From NCBI RefSeq assembly GCF_006345805.1, contig NC_043005.1, forward strand, positions 32,302,001-32,366,000: a stretch of 64,000 nucleotides of DNA, in the 5' to 3' direction. The position numbers and the translations under genes are program-made. Shown piece by piece: positions 1 to 13,060 of the stretch. Position 1 is the stretch's first letter, and each line of letters starts with the position of its first letter. This DNA is from Octopus sinensis. Its lineage: Eukaryota. The notes beneath the pieces are model-generated. The model was not told the DNA's origin. It was given only the letters and a program-made list of their open reading frames with translations, and searched no databases.

Positions 1-1735
1 AGTTGGAAGCGATACTGGCAACAGATGCTAGTGAGTACAAGGTAGGTACCATACTCCTACACAAATGTGAAGATGGCAGCCAAAAGGCCATAGCTCAAGT
101 GTCAAGAACGCTATTGCCAGTGGGAAAAAAATTATAGTGAAACTGAAAAATAGACATTGGCAATTATATCTGGCAAAAAAAGTTCCACAGGTTGATACAT
201 GGTAGATGGTTTAAACTACAAACAGACCATCACCCTTTGCTAACAATTTATGGATCCAAGACAGGAATCCCAGTATATACAGCAAACAGGTAGCAGCGAT
301 GGGGCATCATACTACTAAACTATGACTACGCAATATTTACCTTAAAAAAAACTAGGACATGCTGACAGCCTATTCAGGTTAATACCCAGAAATAGCAAAC
401 CATACAAGAACACAGTAATAGCAGCCCTAAGAGCTGAAATGGAAATTAAATACATAATGTGGAACATTGTAAGAGAGTTACCAATGACTCTGGAGGAGAT
501 AAAGCAACATGCACCAAAAGACAAGTTCATTAATGAAAAAAATTATCTCTGTGGTCAGCGAAAAAAAAAAAAAAAGATTCAGTAAGAAAAAACTAGGGGT
601 TAACATATATTCAACATGTAATGGTGTACTGATGTAGTGATACTTGAGATTCTACAAAAAAGGTTTAAAGAATTCCATACTGGACTTTCAGGCATCACAA
701 GGATGTGCAGTTATGTGTATTGGCCAAAGATGGACGAGGAAGTTGAAAATGAGTAAAAGGCTGCAGAAGATGTGCTCTGGCAGTGAAATTGCCTACTTAA
801 AAATGAGAATCTTGGCCAGAAGTAAAAAGTCTACGGACAAGACAACACATTGATTTTGTGGGTTTGTTAAATGGTTATCACTACTTAGTAATTGTTAACA
901 GTTTTACAAAATGGCAGGAAATTGTTAAGTGCAAAAGATCAACCTCCACAACAGTAATAAATTTTTTGTACAAATTATTCACAAAATTTGGCATCCCAGA
1001 TGTAATTGTATCCGATAATGGAACACAATTTGTGTCCAGTGAATTTTGAAAATTCTGCAAAATGTTCATGGTAGAACATAAAACAATAGCACCTTACCAT
1101 CCCAGAGCGTTTTGTGGACACTTTTAAAAGAGCTTTGAGAAAAGTAAGCAAGGAAGCCACAGAAGAAGTTGCTCTGCAGCAATTTCTAAGGGTATACAGG
1201 GTAACACTGAAACACAATATACCAGCAGGAAGCTTACCGACTGAACTGATATTTGTGAGGAAGGGGAAATCAGTTTTTGATAAACTGTTACCTGGCGAGG
1301 AAAGGAAAAGTACCAGAAAAGACAATCCTAAATTTTTCAAAATTGGTGATAAGGTGTTCATGAGGTTGTATAAAAACAGAAAACAGTACTGGGAAGGAGG
1401 CAAAATTATGAAGTACATTGGGAAAATGATGTACAGAATTAAAAGCAGAAAAGGTATTGAAAAAAGACACAGAAACCAATTGCTGAAGTGATTCATAGAA
1501 AATGAACCAGACAGATTGGAAGAATCTATGGAATGGCTGTATAGGTACCAACACCATAACAGGTCGTTGAACACACGTGCACAAATGGAAGGAAAAGGAA
1601 AAACACAAGAGTTTCTACAAATAGATGCCAAAAAGAAAAAAATATGTTGGAAAAAAAACATTAGAATGGGAGGAGGGGGTGAATAAGGTAAAATAAAAAT
1701 TACTTGCTTCCCAAAGAAAAAACTAAAAGGGGAGA
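1..1735 (+). mobile_element. Ty3/Gypsy LTR retrotransposon pol remnant (RNase H + integrase), frameshifted
   Basis: Translations give RNase H motifs (TDASEY..., QTDHHPLLTIYG) and integrase core motifs (YLVIVNSFTKW, FGIPDVIVSDNGTQFVSSEF, FVDTFKRALRK; ORFs 858-1049, 1114-1491), with several stops and frameshifts. Confidence 0.9.
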
Positions 1736-2010
1736 TGTAGTGAAAATGGCATACCCTTTCCCCCGTGACAAAGTGGTATGATTCAGCCACTATGAAGTCA
1801 GACAGTCAGTTGTTGTAGGAGGTCGGTAATAGTAGGGTCATTGTACGAGTTCTCAGTTGGAGTCTGTGTCAGTTATGTGATATATAAAAGTTTGAGTTAT
1901 TGTCAATGTAGATATTTCAAAGTCATTGTCTTGTGGAGCTATCAGTGATAGCATGATTAACAAGTCAAAGATAATAAGACATGGAATACCGTGGCAACAA
2001 GAATATTACA
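1736..2010 (+). repeat. Putative 3' LTR of the Gypsy element
   Basis: Polypurine tract AAAAGGGGAGA (1725-1735) is directly followed by TGTAG. A TATATAAAAG lies at ~1881 and a candidate end TTACA at 2010. The second LTR is not in the window. Confidence 0.5.
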
Positions 2011-2084
2011 GTATGGACAACAATATACAAGTGGACAAGGATACACATTATAACAGAGACCTGGTCAAGACACTTGCAACAGTG

Positions 2085-3375
2085 TGGGCTCTGCTAAGGA
2101 GTTAAACCAGCAATGGATTAAGTCTATGTAGTTCATAGTGGGATTTGATCTCAGAATACATACCATTATTTTATCAACCCCAAACGGATAGAAAGGCAAA
2201 GTTGATCTCAGAGAGCAGAGCGTCAGAAGAAATCCCATGAAATTTTCTGTCTAATATTCTAATAACTTGATTTCAATACAAACCTTATGCATTATATAAC
2301 CTGTCCTGGTCCAGTAATGGTTTTTGCATTGTGTTGCACTTGTGGCAAATACTACTGAGGTTGACTTTGCCTTTCATCTTTTCTGGGTTGATAAAAAATT
2401 ACTAGTCAGTTTTTTGTGCCACTGGTATTGACTAAACGCTTTCCTCAAAATTGCTAGCCTTGTGCCTAAATCAGAAACAATTATTGTTGTTATTAGGGTA
2501 GTAAGCTAGATGCATAGGACAAAATGCTTAGTGGGGTTTCTTTTGGCTCCATACATTCTACATTCAAATACTGCCAAAGTTAGCTTTACCTTTCACGCTT
2601 TTGATGGTGGTAGTGGGGAGTCAATAAAACATGTACCAGTAAAATACTGGAGTCGATGTAATTGTCTACTCCTACCCCTAAAATTGCTGGTGGTGTACCA
2701 ACATTTGAAACAGGATTGTTAGCACACCAGACAAAATGCATAGAGGTATTTTGTCCTTAGATTCTGAGTTCAAATGCTGCCAAGGTCAATTTTTGGGGGC
2801 GATAAAATAAATACCAGTCAAGTACTGGCATTGATGAAATTGACTGGCATCCCCACCTCACAAAAAAAAAAAAAAAAAAATTCAGCCAAGTGCTTTTAAT
2901 AGAAAGGATTATTATTATTGTTATTGTTATTTTCTCTTTATCATAGGTTTTGTTGGAGCTCCTGGAGTTTTGCATGTGTAGCGAGCTTACTTACTACCTG
3001 CAGCCTATGGCACCATGCTATCCATTCTTTTCAGCTATCTAATACTTTCCTGATTATTCTGGCCATGTCAAGGAGGCAAACCTTTTGTAACAGTTCTACT
3101 GGGCACTCTATTCCAATTACCTTTATATTCCTCTTGATGCCTTATTATTATTAAGAAGATGGTGAGCTGGCAGAACTGGTAGTATGCTGGATAAAACACT
3201 TAGTGACATTTTGTCCATCTTTATACTCTGAGTTCAAATTCTATCAAGGTTTGATTTACCTTTCATGATTTCAGGATTAATAAAATAAGTACCACTCAAG
3301 TACTGGAGTTGATGTAACCAGCTTCCTCCATCCTCAAAAACTGCTGGCCCTGTGCCAAAATTTGAAACTGTAATT
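2085..3375. mobile_element. Cluster of tRNA-derived SINE copies (family A, ATT tail)
   Basis: Repeated consensus GGYGAGCTGGCAGAA...TTCTGAGTTCAAATTC...GCCTTTCATCCTTTCGGGGTCGATAAA..AAGTACCAGT...TTGTGCC followed by ATT runs. Plus copies at ~2350-2910 and 3155-3375, minus fragments at 2085-2260. Confidence 0.8.
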
Positions 3376-4130
3376 ATTACCTCCACCTTAGTGAAGGCAG
3401 AGGTATTGTTTTTAATCGTGTTTGTTTGTTCATGGACAAGATATCTCAAGAACCATTGGATGGATTCAGATGAAACTTTCAGGGATGTTTGGCCTCATGA
3501 CTGAGATGAACTGATTAGATTTTGGGGTCAATCCAGTACTGGACAAGGATTCTAGATTATTTGTTATATTTACTTTACTTTACATGATTATGATCTTAGG
3601 CTGACTTTCAATTCTTTCTCAAGTCTTTAGTCTGTTTCCAAAGTTATATTTTCGTTTCTCTATTATTAATTTTACTCATGTCTCTATCTTACTAGAAACT
3701 GATGGATAAAGAAATCAAACTACATAAACAAACAGCAGCAAACCCATTCAGAAATTAAATAACACTAACTTATTTTTATAATGTATATATTATATATTAT
3801 ACATACATAGTAACACTTTACAGTATACTTACATATATAAATACATCTATACATCGATCTAAAACAACAGGAATACTAAACGAAGGCCGGAATTTAAGAG
3901 AAGAGGAAACCAAGAGGTCTCATACTGTTCATTTAAAAATTCCTGAGTAGAACTAATTATTATTACCTCTGTGTAATATTTTGAATGTTGAATTTGTTAA
4001 CTTCGGCTTGTATCAGATAAGGATAAACTATTATTACTGTTACTAAATTTTCTACAGCCACTTTCACATTCCATGACTACCATTGGGATCGATCAGGTCA
4101 CAAATATTCCGGATTATTTTTCCATTTTCC
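3373..4130 (+). mobile_element. Possible non-autonomous Helentron/Helitron2-type repeat
   Basis: Starts TTATTACCTCCACC..GGCAGAGG (short hairpin), then GTTTGTTTGT and GATGGATT..ATGAAACTT, a pattern recalled from HINE/DINE-like elements. Right end unclear. Confidence 0.35.
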
Positions 4131-6000
4131 AAATAATTTTCAGTTTCCTTTTTGATCACTCCAGGTGCTTCTACAATCACTAGTATTGTAACCGTCTTGA
4201 AATGCCACATTTAAAAAAATTTCAATCAGCAGATCTTTATATTTTCTGAGCTTATTAAAAAGAGAGAAGAAAGACAGGGGAAAGAAGAAAAAAAGAATGA
4301 AAATGAAAAAAGAAAATAAGGGGGAAAAGGAAAGAGAATTCACAGTGACAATGCTCTTCTCAATATGTGTGACATACCAGTTATGACAATTTTTGGCACT
4401 TCCTGCATGGATGGCGAGTCAGGGATCATCCTCAAATAATTTTCAGTTCCCTTTTTGATCATTCCAAGTGCCACATTTTTCCGATTTCAATCAGCAAATC
4501 TTTATATTTTCTGAGCTTATCAAATTCTTTTGCTGTGATATTATGATCACAAGGTATGCTCATATCAATCAATCAACAGATTTTATTGTTTTGGTCTTCC
4601 ACAACAATATCTGGTTTATTAGCTTTGATGGTCTAATCTGTATGTACTGGAAAGTCCTAAAGAATCATTACATTTTCTCCCTCAGTTACAGCTTTGAACC
4701 ATTTGTTAGCAGTTTTGATTTTATAGTGCCAACATGTTATTCAGTGTAGATATTGACCAACTCTGTCGTGTCTAAATTTATACTCTGCTGGTTCTAAAAC
4801 ATTACTCCCCGAGATTAGGTGCAGTATCAACACTCTGGATCTACTCCATTTTTCATCACATTGGCTTGGTAGTTCTGGGTCAATAAGCTCTGATCTTGAG
4901 TAGCTAAGATAAGGCCTTTGCTCTCTGTCTTTAGCCTTGAGCTCTGTAGCCAATGATGGGTGTGCTTCTGGCCTACATCAGCTTGTTTGCTATGGGCCAC
5001 ATATTTGCCATGTAGAAGTTTTTGTTCCCACCTATCAGCCAATTGTTTAGACACTGTTTGCTTTGCCATTGATTTCACCTTCTTTGCAACAGCAGTTGCT
5101 GCACTTCCATCATGCTGTTCAATTTGGATATTATGCATAAACTCACTAGCAAATTTTTAGCTCTCCTTCATGACAGAATGAAGCTTCTTACATCTCTCAT
5201 GGTTTTTAACAAGTTTTATCATCCAGTTGTAAGATGTTTCAAGATATTTGGCCAGTTCAGTTGTGGTGGTTTTGTAAGAGATTTCAAATTGGATCACACC
5301 TTGACCTACTAGGGCTCTGGGAAGGTAAAGACAATCTGTGTCTGCCTTTGGGTGGATTTTCTTGTCAATTTACCTTATTTCACTCATACAGTTTCAACAT
5401 TGAAACTGTAAATAACAACTGTAACTTCTTGGGAATTTATGGCTAACACCTTGTTATGTGCATTTAACCTAGACTTTAGGAGTGCTCAAACTCTCCTGTA
5501 ACATTCCTTCCTGATCTCTTTCATGCTTGCATGCTGAATGCCAGAGCCCTCATTTATTTCAAGGTATTTATAAGTTTGTTCCTGCTCAAGTTGATTTATA
5601 ACTGTGTCAACACCACTGAATGTGAGGTCTTCAATTTCCCTTTCTGGAAAGTGGCTTTGGCACATTTATCAAGACCAAATTCCATCCCTATGTCATCACT
5701 GAATGCTTTCACAGTATGCAATAGACCTTCAAGCTCATTATTATCTTTGCCATAGAGTTTTAAGTTGGCCATATAGAATAGATGGATTATTTTTCTTGTT
5801 TTCAATTTTATACCCATACCCTGTTCTCTTAAGTTCATTTGTAAGAGGTATCAGGACTATACAAAAGATTAGAGGTGAAAGTGAGTCACCATGGAAAATG
5901 CCACAGTTGATGTTAAAATTTGGTATAATTGGAGATTCATATTCCACACTGGTATGTTCTTCAGAGAGTTTGAAATTACAGGAGAAATTTTGAAGAAATC
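4115..6000 (-). mobile_element. R4/Dong-type non-LTR retrotransposon remnant (RT to REL endonuclease), with a duplicated C-terminal piece at ~4115-4257
   Basis: Minus ORFs contain GIFHGDSLSPLIFC, HLFYMANLKLYGK, GMEFGLDKCAK, LHGKY, ATQDQSLLT, RHDRVGQYLH and KYKDLLIEI. Confidence 0.85.
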
Positions 6001-6036
6001 CAGTAATTTCAAGATCCATTATTATTGTTGTTGTTA

Positions 6037-6330
6037 TTCATCATCATCATCGTCTTTTAACATCCGCTTCCCATGCTGGCATGGGTTGGACGGTTTGACT
6101 GAGGGCTGGCAAGCCAGAAGGCTGCACCTGGTTCCAGTCTGATCTGGCAATGTTTCTACAGCTGGATGCCCTTCCTAATGACAACCACTCCGAGAGTGTA
6201 GTGGGTGCTTTTTACATGCCACCGGCACGAGGGCTGGTCAGGTGGTACTGGCATTGGCCACGCTTGAATGGTGCTTTTTACATGCCACCAGCAAGGGAGC
6301 CAGTCAGGCGGCCACTGGCAATGACCAATA
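6037..6330 (-). mobile_element. RTE 3'-tail / RTE-associated SINE with (GAT)n tail
   Basis: Reverse complement of TGGCATGTAAAAAGCACCCACTACACTCTCGGAGTGGTT..AGGAAGGGCATCCAGCTGTAGAAAC..CCAACCCATGCCAGCATGG..(GAT)n. The same tail follows an RTE ORF end at 42960-43315. Confidence 0.8.
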
Positions 6331-6339
6331 AAATGTTGA

Positions 6340-6775
6340 TCTGGAACTGTCATGTCAATTATCAGGCAGTTTTGTTTGTCCCTCCTAAAGGTTACTATAT
6401 CCGGCCTTCAGTGCCCTCTAACACCTTGTCTTTATGGAAGTCAAAGTCCCAGAGGATTTTTGCCTTCCCTTTTTCATCCATTATCTTTTCTAGTGTATGT
6501 TGATACCAAGCACCTGTTACCTCATATCCATACTTCTGGCATAGTGGAGGTTTGGGGCTACCTTGTTGTGTCTGCACTTGTACTCTTTTAGCGCAAGACT
6601 TCACAAGCACTAACAATGTGATTCTTGCTTTTGAACCTTTTCCCACACATTCTGCAGAGATTTGTGGCACTTGTGTGGTATATATCCCTTTTCACTGAGT
6701 TGGTATTCAATGCCTGATCCTGGGCACCAATGATTAGGCTTTCAGTATTCTTTTTTTATGTCACCCTTGCTGAGC
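6340..6775 (-). mobile_element. R4/Dong-type LINE fragment (zinc knuckle/REL region)
   Basis: ORF 6395-6670 contains CQKYGYEVTGAWYQH..KAKILWDFDF. Abuts an (ATT)n tract at 6783. Confidence 0.7.
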
Positions 6776-6781
6776 CACCTC

Positions 6782-6782
<1 letters not shown>

Positions 6783-6826
<44 letters not shown>

Positions 6827-6875
6827 GGCAGATGTTAAATGATTATGATGATGATGATGATGATGATGATGATTA
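6783..6875. repeat. (ATT)n + (GAT)n microsatellites
   Basis: Direct reading of the sequence. Confidence 0.95.
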
Positions 6876-7039
6876 TATTCAAATACCACTAAGATTAATT
6901 TTGCCTGTCATCTTTTGGAATCAATAAGTAAGTACCAGTCAAGCACTGGGGTCTATGTAATCAACTAGACCTCAAGAACTGAAACAAACAGTAGTCTGTC
7001 CAAAACAGACAGGACTAGTAATTTCAGTTAGGGAAGTGA

Positions 7040-9260
7040 AGGAAATTAGCACAAAAATGAGCAGCATGGAGTTCAAGGCTACTGGATTAAAAGATTTGGT
7101 GAATGTCATGCACAAATAGCTGTGCAACTCAACACCTTGTTAAATGCCGACCAAGTAACACCAGAGTGGTTGACATTAGGTAAGACAATGTTGTGCTTCA
7201 AAAACATTGAAAAAAAGCAATATGGTAGACAATTATAGGCCGATATACTATTTGCCACTTATGTGGAAGTTATTGACTAGAATACTCGCAGAGACAATGT
7301 ACAAACATCTGGGTTCCAAGCATAAGTGCAGAGGTACCATGGATCAACTCATGATAGACATAACTGTACTTAGAAATTGCAAGAGGAGGAAAAGTAACTT
7401 AGCCATGTCATGGATTGACTATCGTAAGGTGTACGATATGATCCCACATTCTTGGATTATGGAGTGTATGAACCTATTTGGTATTGCATTGAATGTTGAG
7501 CAATTGCTTGGAAAAAGTATGGTGAATTGGAGAATGAACCTGACAGCATAAGGAAGGAAGTTTAGGGACAGTAGAAATTAGGAGGGGCATCTTCCAAGGG
7601 GACTGCCTGTCCCCACTGATCTTTGTACTGTGCTTGATACCACTAACACTGATTCTGAGGAAAGCAAAAGCTGGGTAGGTATTCAAAAGCCGCCAACAAA
7701 AGTCAACCATTTGTTATTCATGGATGACCTCAAGCTTTATGGTAAAGATGAAGCCCAAGTCAGTTCCCTCATTGATACGGTGTATGCTTTCAGTGCTGAT
7801 ATCAGAATGGAATTCGGACTGAGAAAGTGTGGTGTGTTAGTCTTGAAGAGAGGCAAAATCAAATGTATGGACAGGCTAACGATACCGTCAGGGAGGTTAT
7901 GAAGCAGATAGAAGAGATGGGCTATAAGTACTTGGGGATACTGGAAATGGATAAATTGATGGAGAAAGAAATGATGAAGAGCGAAAATTTAAGGTGGAGT
8001 ACTTGCACAGACTGAGACTGATCTTTAAGTCAAAATTAAATGGACGGAATAAGATCGAAGCTATCAACACCTGGGCGGTTTTACTCCTTAGACATGGATC
8101 AGGGGTAATCACATGGATAGTAGATGAACTAAACAGCTTAGACAGAAAAACAAGGAAGTTGCTAACTAGATATGGGCCACTCCACCCAAAAAGTAACATA
8201 GACAAACTGTATGTACCAAGAAAAAGAGGGGGAAGAGGACTTATTGGATGTGAACACAGCATTAGAGCAGAAGAAAATAACATAGCATGGTATGTAAAAA
8301 ATGCCACAGAACCGCTATTATTAGAAGTAAGAAGGTCAGGATTGTGTAGGATGAAAGATTGCAAAAATAAAGCACTATACAAGAAATTAAAAACGAATGA
8401 AACTGAAAATAGGTGGGTAAAGAAAAGAATGCATGGTCAATATCATAGGGATGTTGAAGATAAGACAGACAGAGGAAAAAGATGGCTGTAGATGACTAAA
8501 AATGATTTAAAACCGGACATGGAGGCTCTAATTTGTGCTGCCCAAGAACAAGCACTAAGAACAAACTACATAAAATACAGAATAGACAACACATCAGAAA
8601 GTGATAAGTGCAGAATCTGTGGACAAAACGGTGAAACCATATGGCATATTACCAGCCAATGTATGCCACTAGCCCAGAAGGAATATGAGAGACACCCCGA
8701 CAATATAGCCAGGCTTGTCCATTGGACACTTTGCAACCAGTATGGACAGGACAGAGCAAAAAATTGGTACAACCACAAACCTGAAAGCATCATCGAAAAT
8801 AGAAATGCAAAGATCCTATGGGATTTTATGATTCAGTGAGACCATGAGATAGAGAATAGGAAGCCGGACATAGTCTTAATTGAGAAAGAAAACAAACTAT
8901 GCTGGATCATAGATATAGCATGCCCAGCTGACAACAAGGTATACAATAAAGAAGAAAGAAAAGTTGAGAGATATGACAGGTTAGCTTGAGAAGTTAAGCA
9001 GTTGTGGTTGATGAAAAAGGTAGCAGTAGTACCAATAATTGTCGGAGCCCTGAGAACAGTGAGCAAAAATCTCGAGAAGTACTTGGAAGAAATAGGGGCT
9101 GCAATAAGCGTGGAACACTTGCAGAAAACAGCACTGCTTGGAACTGCCCGAATACTCTGGAAGGTGCTCGAAAAATAAGAGGTGTTACCTTAGTTCACTG
9201 GTAGTGAAACAGCTGATACCGTAATACATCTCCAGCATTAGAAGCTGTGCAAAGGCAATG
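7040..9260 (+). mobile_element. R4/Dong-type REL non-LTR retrotransposon, 5'-truncated, with 3' UTR and GAT/AAT tail
   Basis: RT motifs [31 protein letters not shown] and HLLFMDDLKLY; CCHC knuckle CRICGQNGETIWHITSQC; REL motif KPDIVL..IIDIACP. Stop at 9176-9178. Confidence 0.92.
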
Positions 9261-9309
9261 AAGAAGATGATGATGATGATGATGATGATAATAATAATGA
9301 TAATAATAA

Positions 9310-9508
9310 TCTTTTCTACTCTAGGCACAAGGCCCAAAATTTTGGGGGAGGGTCCAACCCCAGTTCACAACTGGTACTTAATTTATCAACCCTGAAAGGA
9401 TTAAAGGCAAAGTTGACCTCTGCGGAATTTGAACTCAGAACGTAAAGACAGACGAAATACCGATAAACATTTTGCCCAGTGTGCTAACGTATCTGCCAGC
9501 TCACTGCC

Positions 9509-9510
<2 letters not shown>
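9310..9510 (-). mobile_element. SINE family A copy
   Basis: Reverse complement of the family A consensus, flanked on both sides by (AAT)n. Confidence 0.85.
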
Positions 9511-9552
<42 letters not shown>

Positions 9553-9800
9553 TGACTTGAAAATGAATGGAATCGAAAATAGGTGAATAAAGAAAAGAAT
9601 GCATGGACAATTTCATAGGGGTGTTGAAGATAAGACAGGCAGAGGAAAAAGATGGCTATGGATGACTAAAAGTGATTTAAAACTGGAAATGGAGGCTCTA
9701 ATCTATGCTGCCCAAGAGCAAGCATTAAGAACCAATTACATCAAATACAGAATAGACAACACATCAGAAAGTGATAAGTGCAGAATTTGTGGACAAAGAT
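9553..9800 (+). mobile_element. Second fragment of the same Dong-type family
   Basis: ORF 9599-9883 repeats MHGQ.H..VEDKT..AAQEQALRTNYIKYRIDNTSESDKCRICGQ, as seen at ~8430-8630. Confidence 0.85.
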
Positions 9801-10090
9801 GGTATCTTTGTTTTGGGAAATTAAAGCTGTTTCTCTCTTTTCCAGCCATTCAGGTGTTGCTTCTGGGTCTGCTTGCCTGTTGAATCTTGCCACTGGCATG
9901 GTACTTGAGTACTGGCATAGTACTTAAGCCAGAAACTGGAAACCTTGTCAATCCCAAGTGATTTTGCAGTTGCTTGTAGTCCTTAATTTGGTGAGTCCCT
10001 TGTCTAACTTCCCAGATTAATCTTGGGAAGTTCTTTGTTTGTTATGGTTGGGGATGTTATTACTCAGATTTTTTCTCTCGCTTCTTTTCT
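9800..10090 (-). mobile_element. Older Dong-type RT N-terminal fragment
   Basis: Minus translation gives KSLGIDKVSSFWLKY and PEWL, matching the KAPGPD..FWLK / P.WL region of this family. Confidence 0.5.
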
Positions 10091-10121
10091 CAGTGGATTA
10101 TTATTATTACAACTATTATTA

Positions 10122-10995
10122 ATGTGGCGAGTTGGCATAATCATTAGCACCCTGGGTGAAGTGCTTAGTGGCATTTCGCCTGTTGCTACATTCTGAATTC
10201 AAATTATGCCGAGATTGACTTTGCCTTTCAGCCTTTCGGGGTCAATGAAATAAGTACCAGTTGAACACTAGGGTCAATGCAATTGACTCATCCCCTCCCC
10301 CAAAATTGCTGCCCTTGTGGAAAAATTTGAAACTATTATTAATATTATTATTATTATTATCATCTTCTTTCAATTTTGTTTTGATTTCTTGCCAAGTGTC
10401 TTCCCAACACCTAGGGCAAAGAAACTCAATGCATATATTGGTAGACCATTAAAAAAGTCATGTGATAGAAAAAATGGGGAAGACAGAGAGAAAAAGTAAA
10501 GAAGAAAAAAATGAAAAAGAAAATAAAGAATTATTATTATTATTATTATTACTATTATTATTGTATAGGTGGCAAACTGGTTGAATTGTAAGCACTTTGG
10601 GCAAAACACGTAGTGGTATTTCATCTGTCTTTATGTTCTGAGGTTGATTTACACCCTTTTGGGGTTGATAAATTAATACCAGTGGAACACTAGTGTCCAT
10701 ATAATCAACTAGTCCCCTCTTCCAAAATTTCAGGCCTTGTGCCTTTAGTAGAATGGATTATTATTAACAAGGTGGCAAGTTCGTAGAATTGTTTGCATGC
10801 TGGGCAAAAAGCTTAGCAGCATTTCATCTTTATATTCAGAATTCAAATTCTGCTGAGGTCGATTTTGCATTTCATCCTTTCGGGGGTCAATAAAATAAGT
10901 ACCAGCCAAGCACTGGAGTCAATGTAATTGACTCATCCCCCGCCCAAACTTGCTGACCTTGTGCCTAAATTTGAAACCATTATTATTATTATTAT
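10122..10995 (+). mobile_element. Three SINE family A copies plus a minus-strand Dong 3' UTR stub (10371-10450)
   Basis: Family A consensus at ~10122, ~10567 and ~10768. The stub matches the 3' UTR at 48357-48440. Confidence 0.8.
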
Positions 10996-11000
10996 TAGTA

Positions 11001-11541
11001 TTGAGTGAGAGAGCGGTTCATGCCATCAAAGTGACACTGGGGTAAAATATACGAAGCCCAATATACCCATCATGACTACCCGTCTGATAAGGGTACACCA
11101 GGCACATGCATCACAACCATATATGCGCGACATGGTGATCTCATATCAAGATAAACTGCACATGACCTTGCAGGTGGGGCCCAGTTAGAATTTTCTTCAG
11201 GTTGAGTAGCCCATCCCGCTCAAAAGGTCCCTGAATAAGGGTTGTTTAAGGATGTTGAAAGAACCACCCATGTTTCCAGAGGTGAATTATTCAAACCCCA
11301 AAGAATCCCTCTCAACACATGGCTATGATGCTCCCCCACTACTTCTGTTCATGATCAGAGATGCACATATCATCAGCCACTAAGGGACATCCTCAACTGG
11401 TTAAAGTCAAACAACTGACAAGCAAATCTGTGGTATTGAGCAGAATATTTGCTGTAGCCCATCTTTTATACCAAGACAAAACAATGTACATGATAACACT
11501 TCCAATCAGTTAAGATCAGAAGCCATGAGAGCCACTGCCTG
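11001..11541 (-). mobile_element. ~540-bp non-coding repeat ending in (TAA)n (LINE 3' UTR or non-autonomous retroposon)
   Basis: Nearly identical to 49082-49512 and 49580-50010. All copies are embedded in ATT tracts. Confidence 0.8.
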
Positions 11542-11574
11542 TATTATTATTATTATTATTATTACTATTATTTA

Positions 11575-11730
11575 CAGAGTGTGGGTGTCTTGAGAGAAAA
11601 ACTGGGAATAAGAGGCATCAGATGTGGTGTACAAGAGAGATGGATGTGCTGGTATGGTCATGTGATGTGTATGGATGAGAACAGCCATGTAAATACGAGA
11701 TGATCTCTAACTGTGGACGATGATGATGAT
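11575..11730 (+). mobile_element. RTE ORF C-terminal fragment
   Basis: LREKLGIRGIRCGVQER..WYGHVMCMDE, homologous to ~42660-42760. Confidence 0.7.
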
Positions 11731-12276
11731 GTTTGGAACGAGTTAGTAGATTTGAACTCTAAAATATTTTACAGTCTTATACTCTTCCTTATATTGTTAT
11801 GACTTACATCGTTTAATGAAAGAAATCAATGAGACTTGCTGCTAAGACTATATTGATAACTCATGATAGCAATGTTTATCTCATTATCATGTCTCATGAT
11901 CACATGCTCCCTCAGAATTATTTACAAATGATTCACCAGAATATGTATAACTTTGGGTTGATCAAATAACAAACCTTGTGACATCTAGAATTGATTTTTC
12001 CATGAGGACAACTAACATGTTTTGTATTTACAGCAATTACAAAACATATGTAGTATTGGGATCAAACTCATGTTTTGCCACATATGAATTTCAAATCACA
12101 ATTCAATCACAGCTTGATCATGTAAGCAACCAATATCCTCTCCAATCAATGGCTGTTGCTCACATGATGGTTCTGTAGCCTGTCTGGAACTTTCTGTGAG
12201 CAAATACAATCAATAAAGGTAGACATTTTGCAGAGTGTTGAGACATCCAAACCAGTATGATATTCTCCAGTCATCT

Positions 12277-12470
12277 GGTGGCACGTAAAAAGCACCCACT
12301 ACACTCACGGAGTGGTTAGCGTTAGGAAGGGCATCCAGCTGTAGAAACATTGCCAGATAAGACCGGAGCCTGGTGCAGCCTTCTGGCTTCCCAGATCCCC
12401 GGTCGAACCGTCCAACCCATGCTAGCATGGAGAATGGACGTTAAACGATGATGATGATGATGATGATGAT
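12277..12470 (+). mobile_element. RTE 3'-tail / SINE with (GAT)n tail
   Basis: Close match to the tail consensus, ending AAACGATGATGATG. Confidence 0.85.
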
Positions 12471-12967
12471 CTCAATTTTAGAGTGTCTTGGGTTAAGTTT
12501 TGAATTACACTCTCTCTATACCTGTTTTAACAGCTACATATTGGTTTTATATGGAAACAACATGCAACCTAAACAATATCCAGTTATCTTTCAAACCATC
12601 CAGCTATAATTGGTGAACCTGATGGTAAATTTCCACAGTAACAATTGGTGAACCTGGATTTAAAAGGATGGTGTGTGGGTCAAAAATTGATTTCTCCAAA
12701 TTCTCCAGCCATGAGAACTCAGGACATCAACTATGTCAGCAAAAGCTTTCATCTTGACATTGGACGATTTTTGGAAGTGTGGCTATGAGAAAGATAGTTT
12801 TGAACTGAAGGAAAGTATTTTCTTGATGCTGCCAGGTAGACTTAACTGCTATTTCAAGCAAATGGAGATGAAACACATAAAGAGAAGAAAACTCTGAATG
12901 ACCCATCCTTGCTTTTTCTTGTCCCATTTTTTGTATTCTTTTATATATATACACACACACACATATG

Positions 12968-13024
<57 letters not shown>

Positions 13025-13060
13025 CTAGCAGTATAGCCTGGTGTTGCTCGGGTTTGTTTT
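13025..13060 (-). mobile_element. Helitron 3' terminus (hairpin + CTAG)
   Basis: Minus strand reads AAACCCGAGCAACACCAGGCTATACTGCTAG|T: a subterminal GC-rich imperfect hairpin, then CTAG followed by T. Confidence 0.6.

Noticed and set aside
975-1790. 271-aa minus-strand ORF
   Set aside because: Antisense to the Gypsy integrase, with no independent protein signature.
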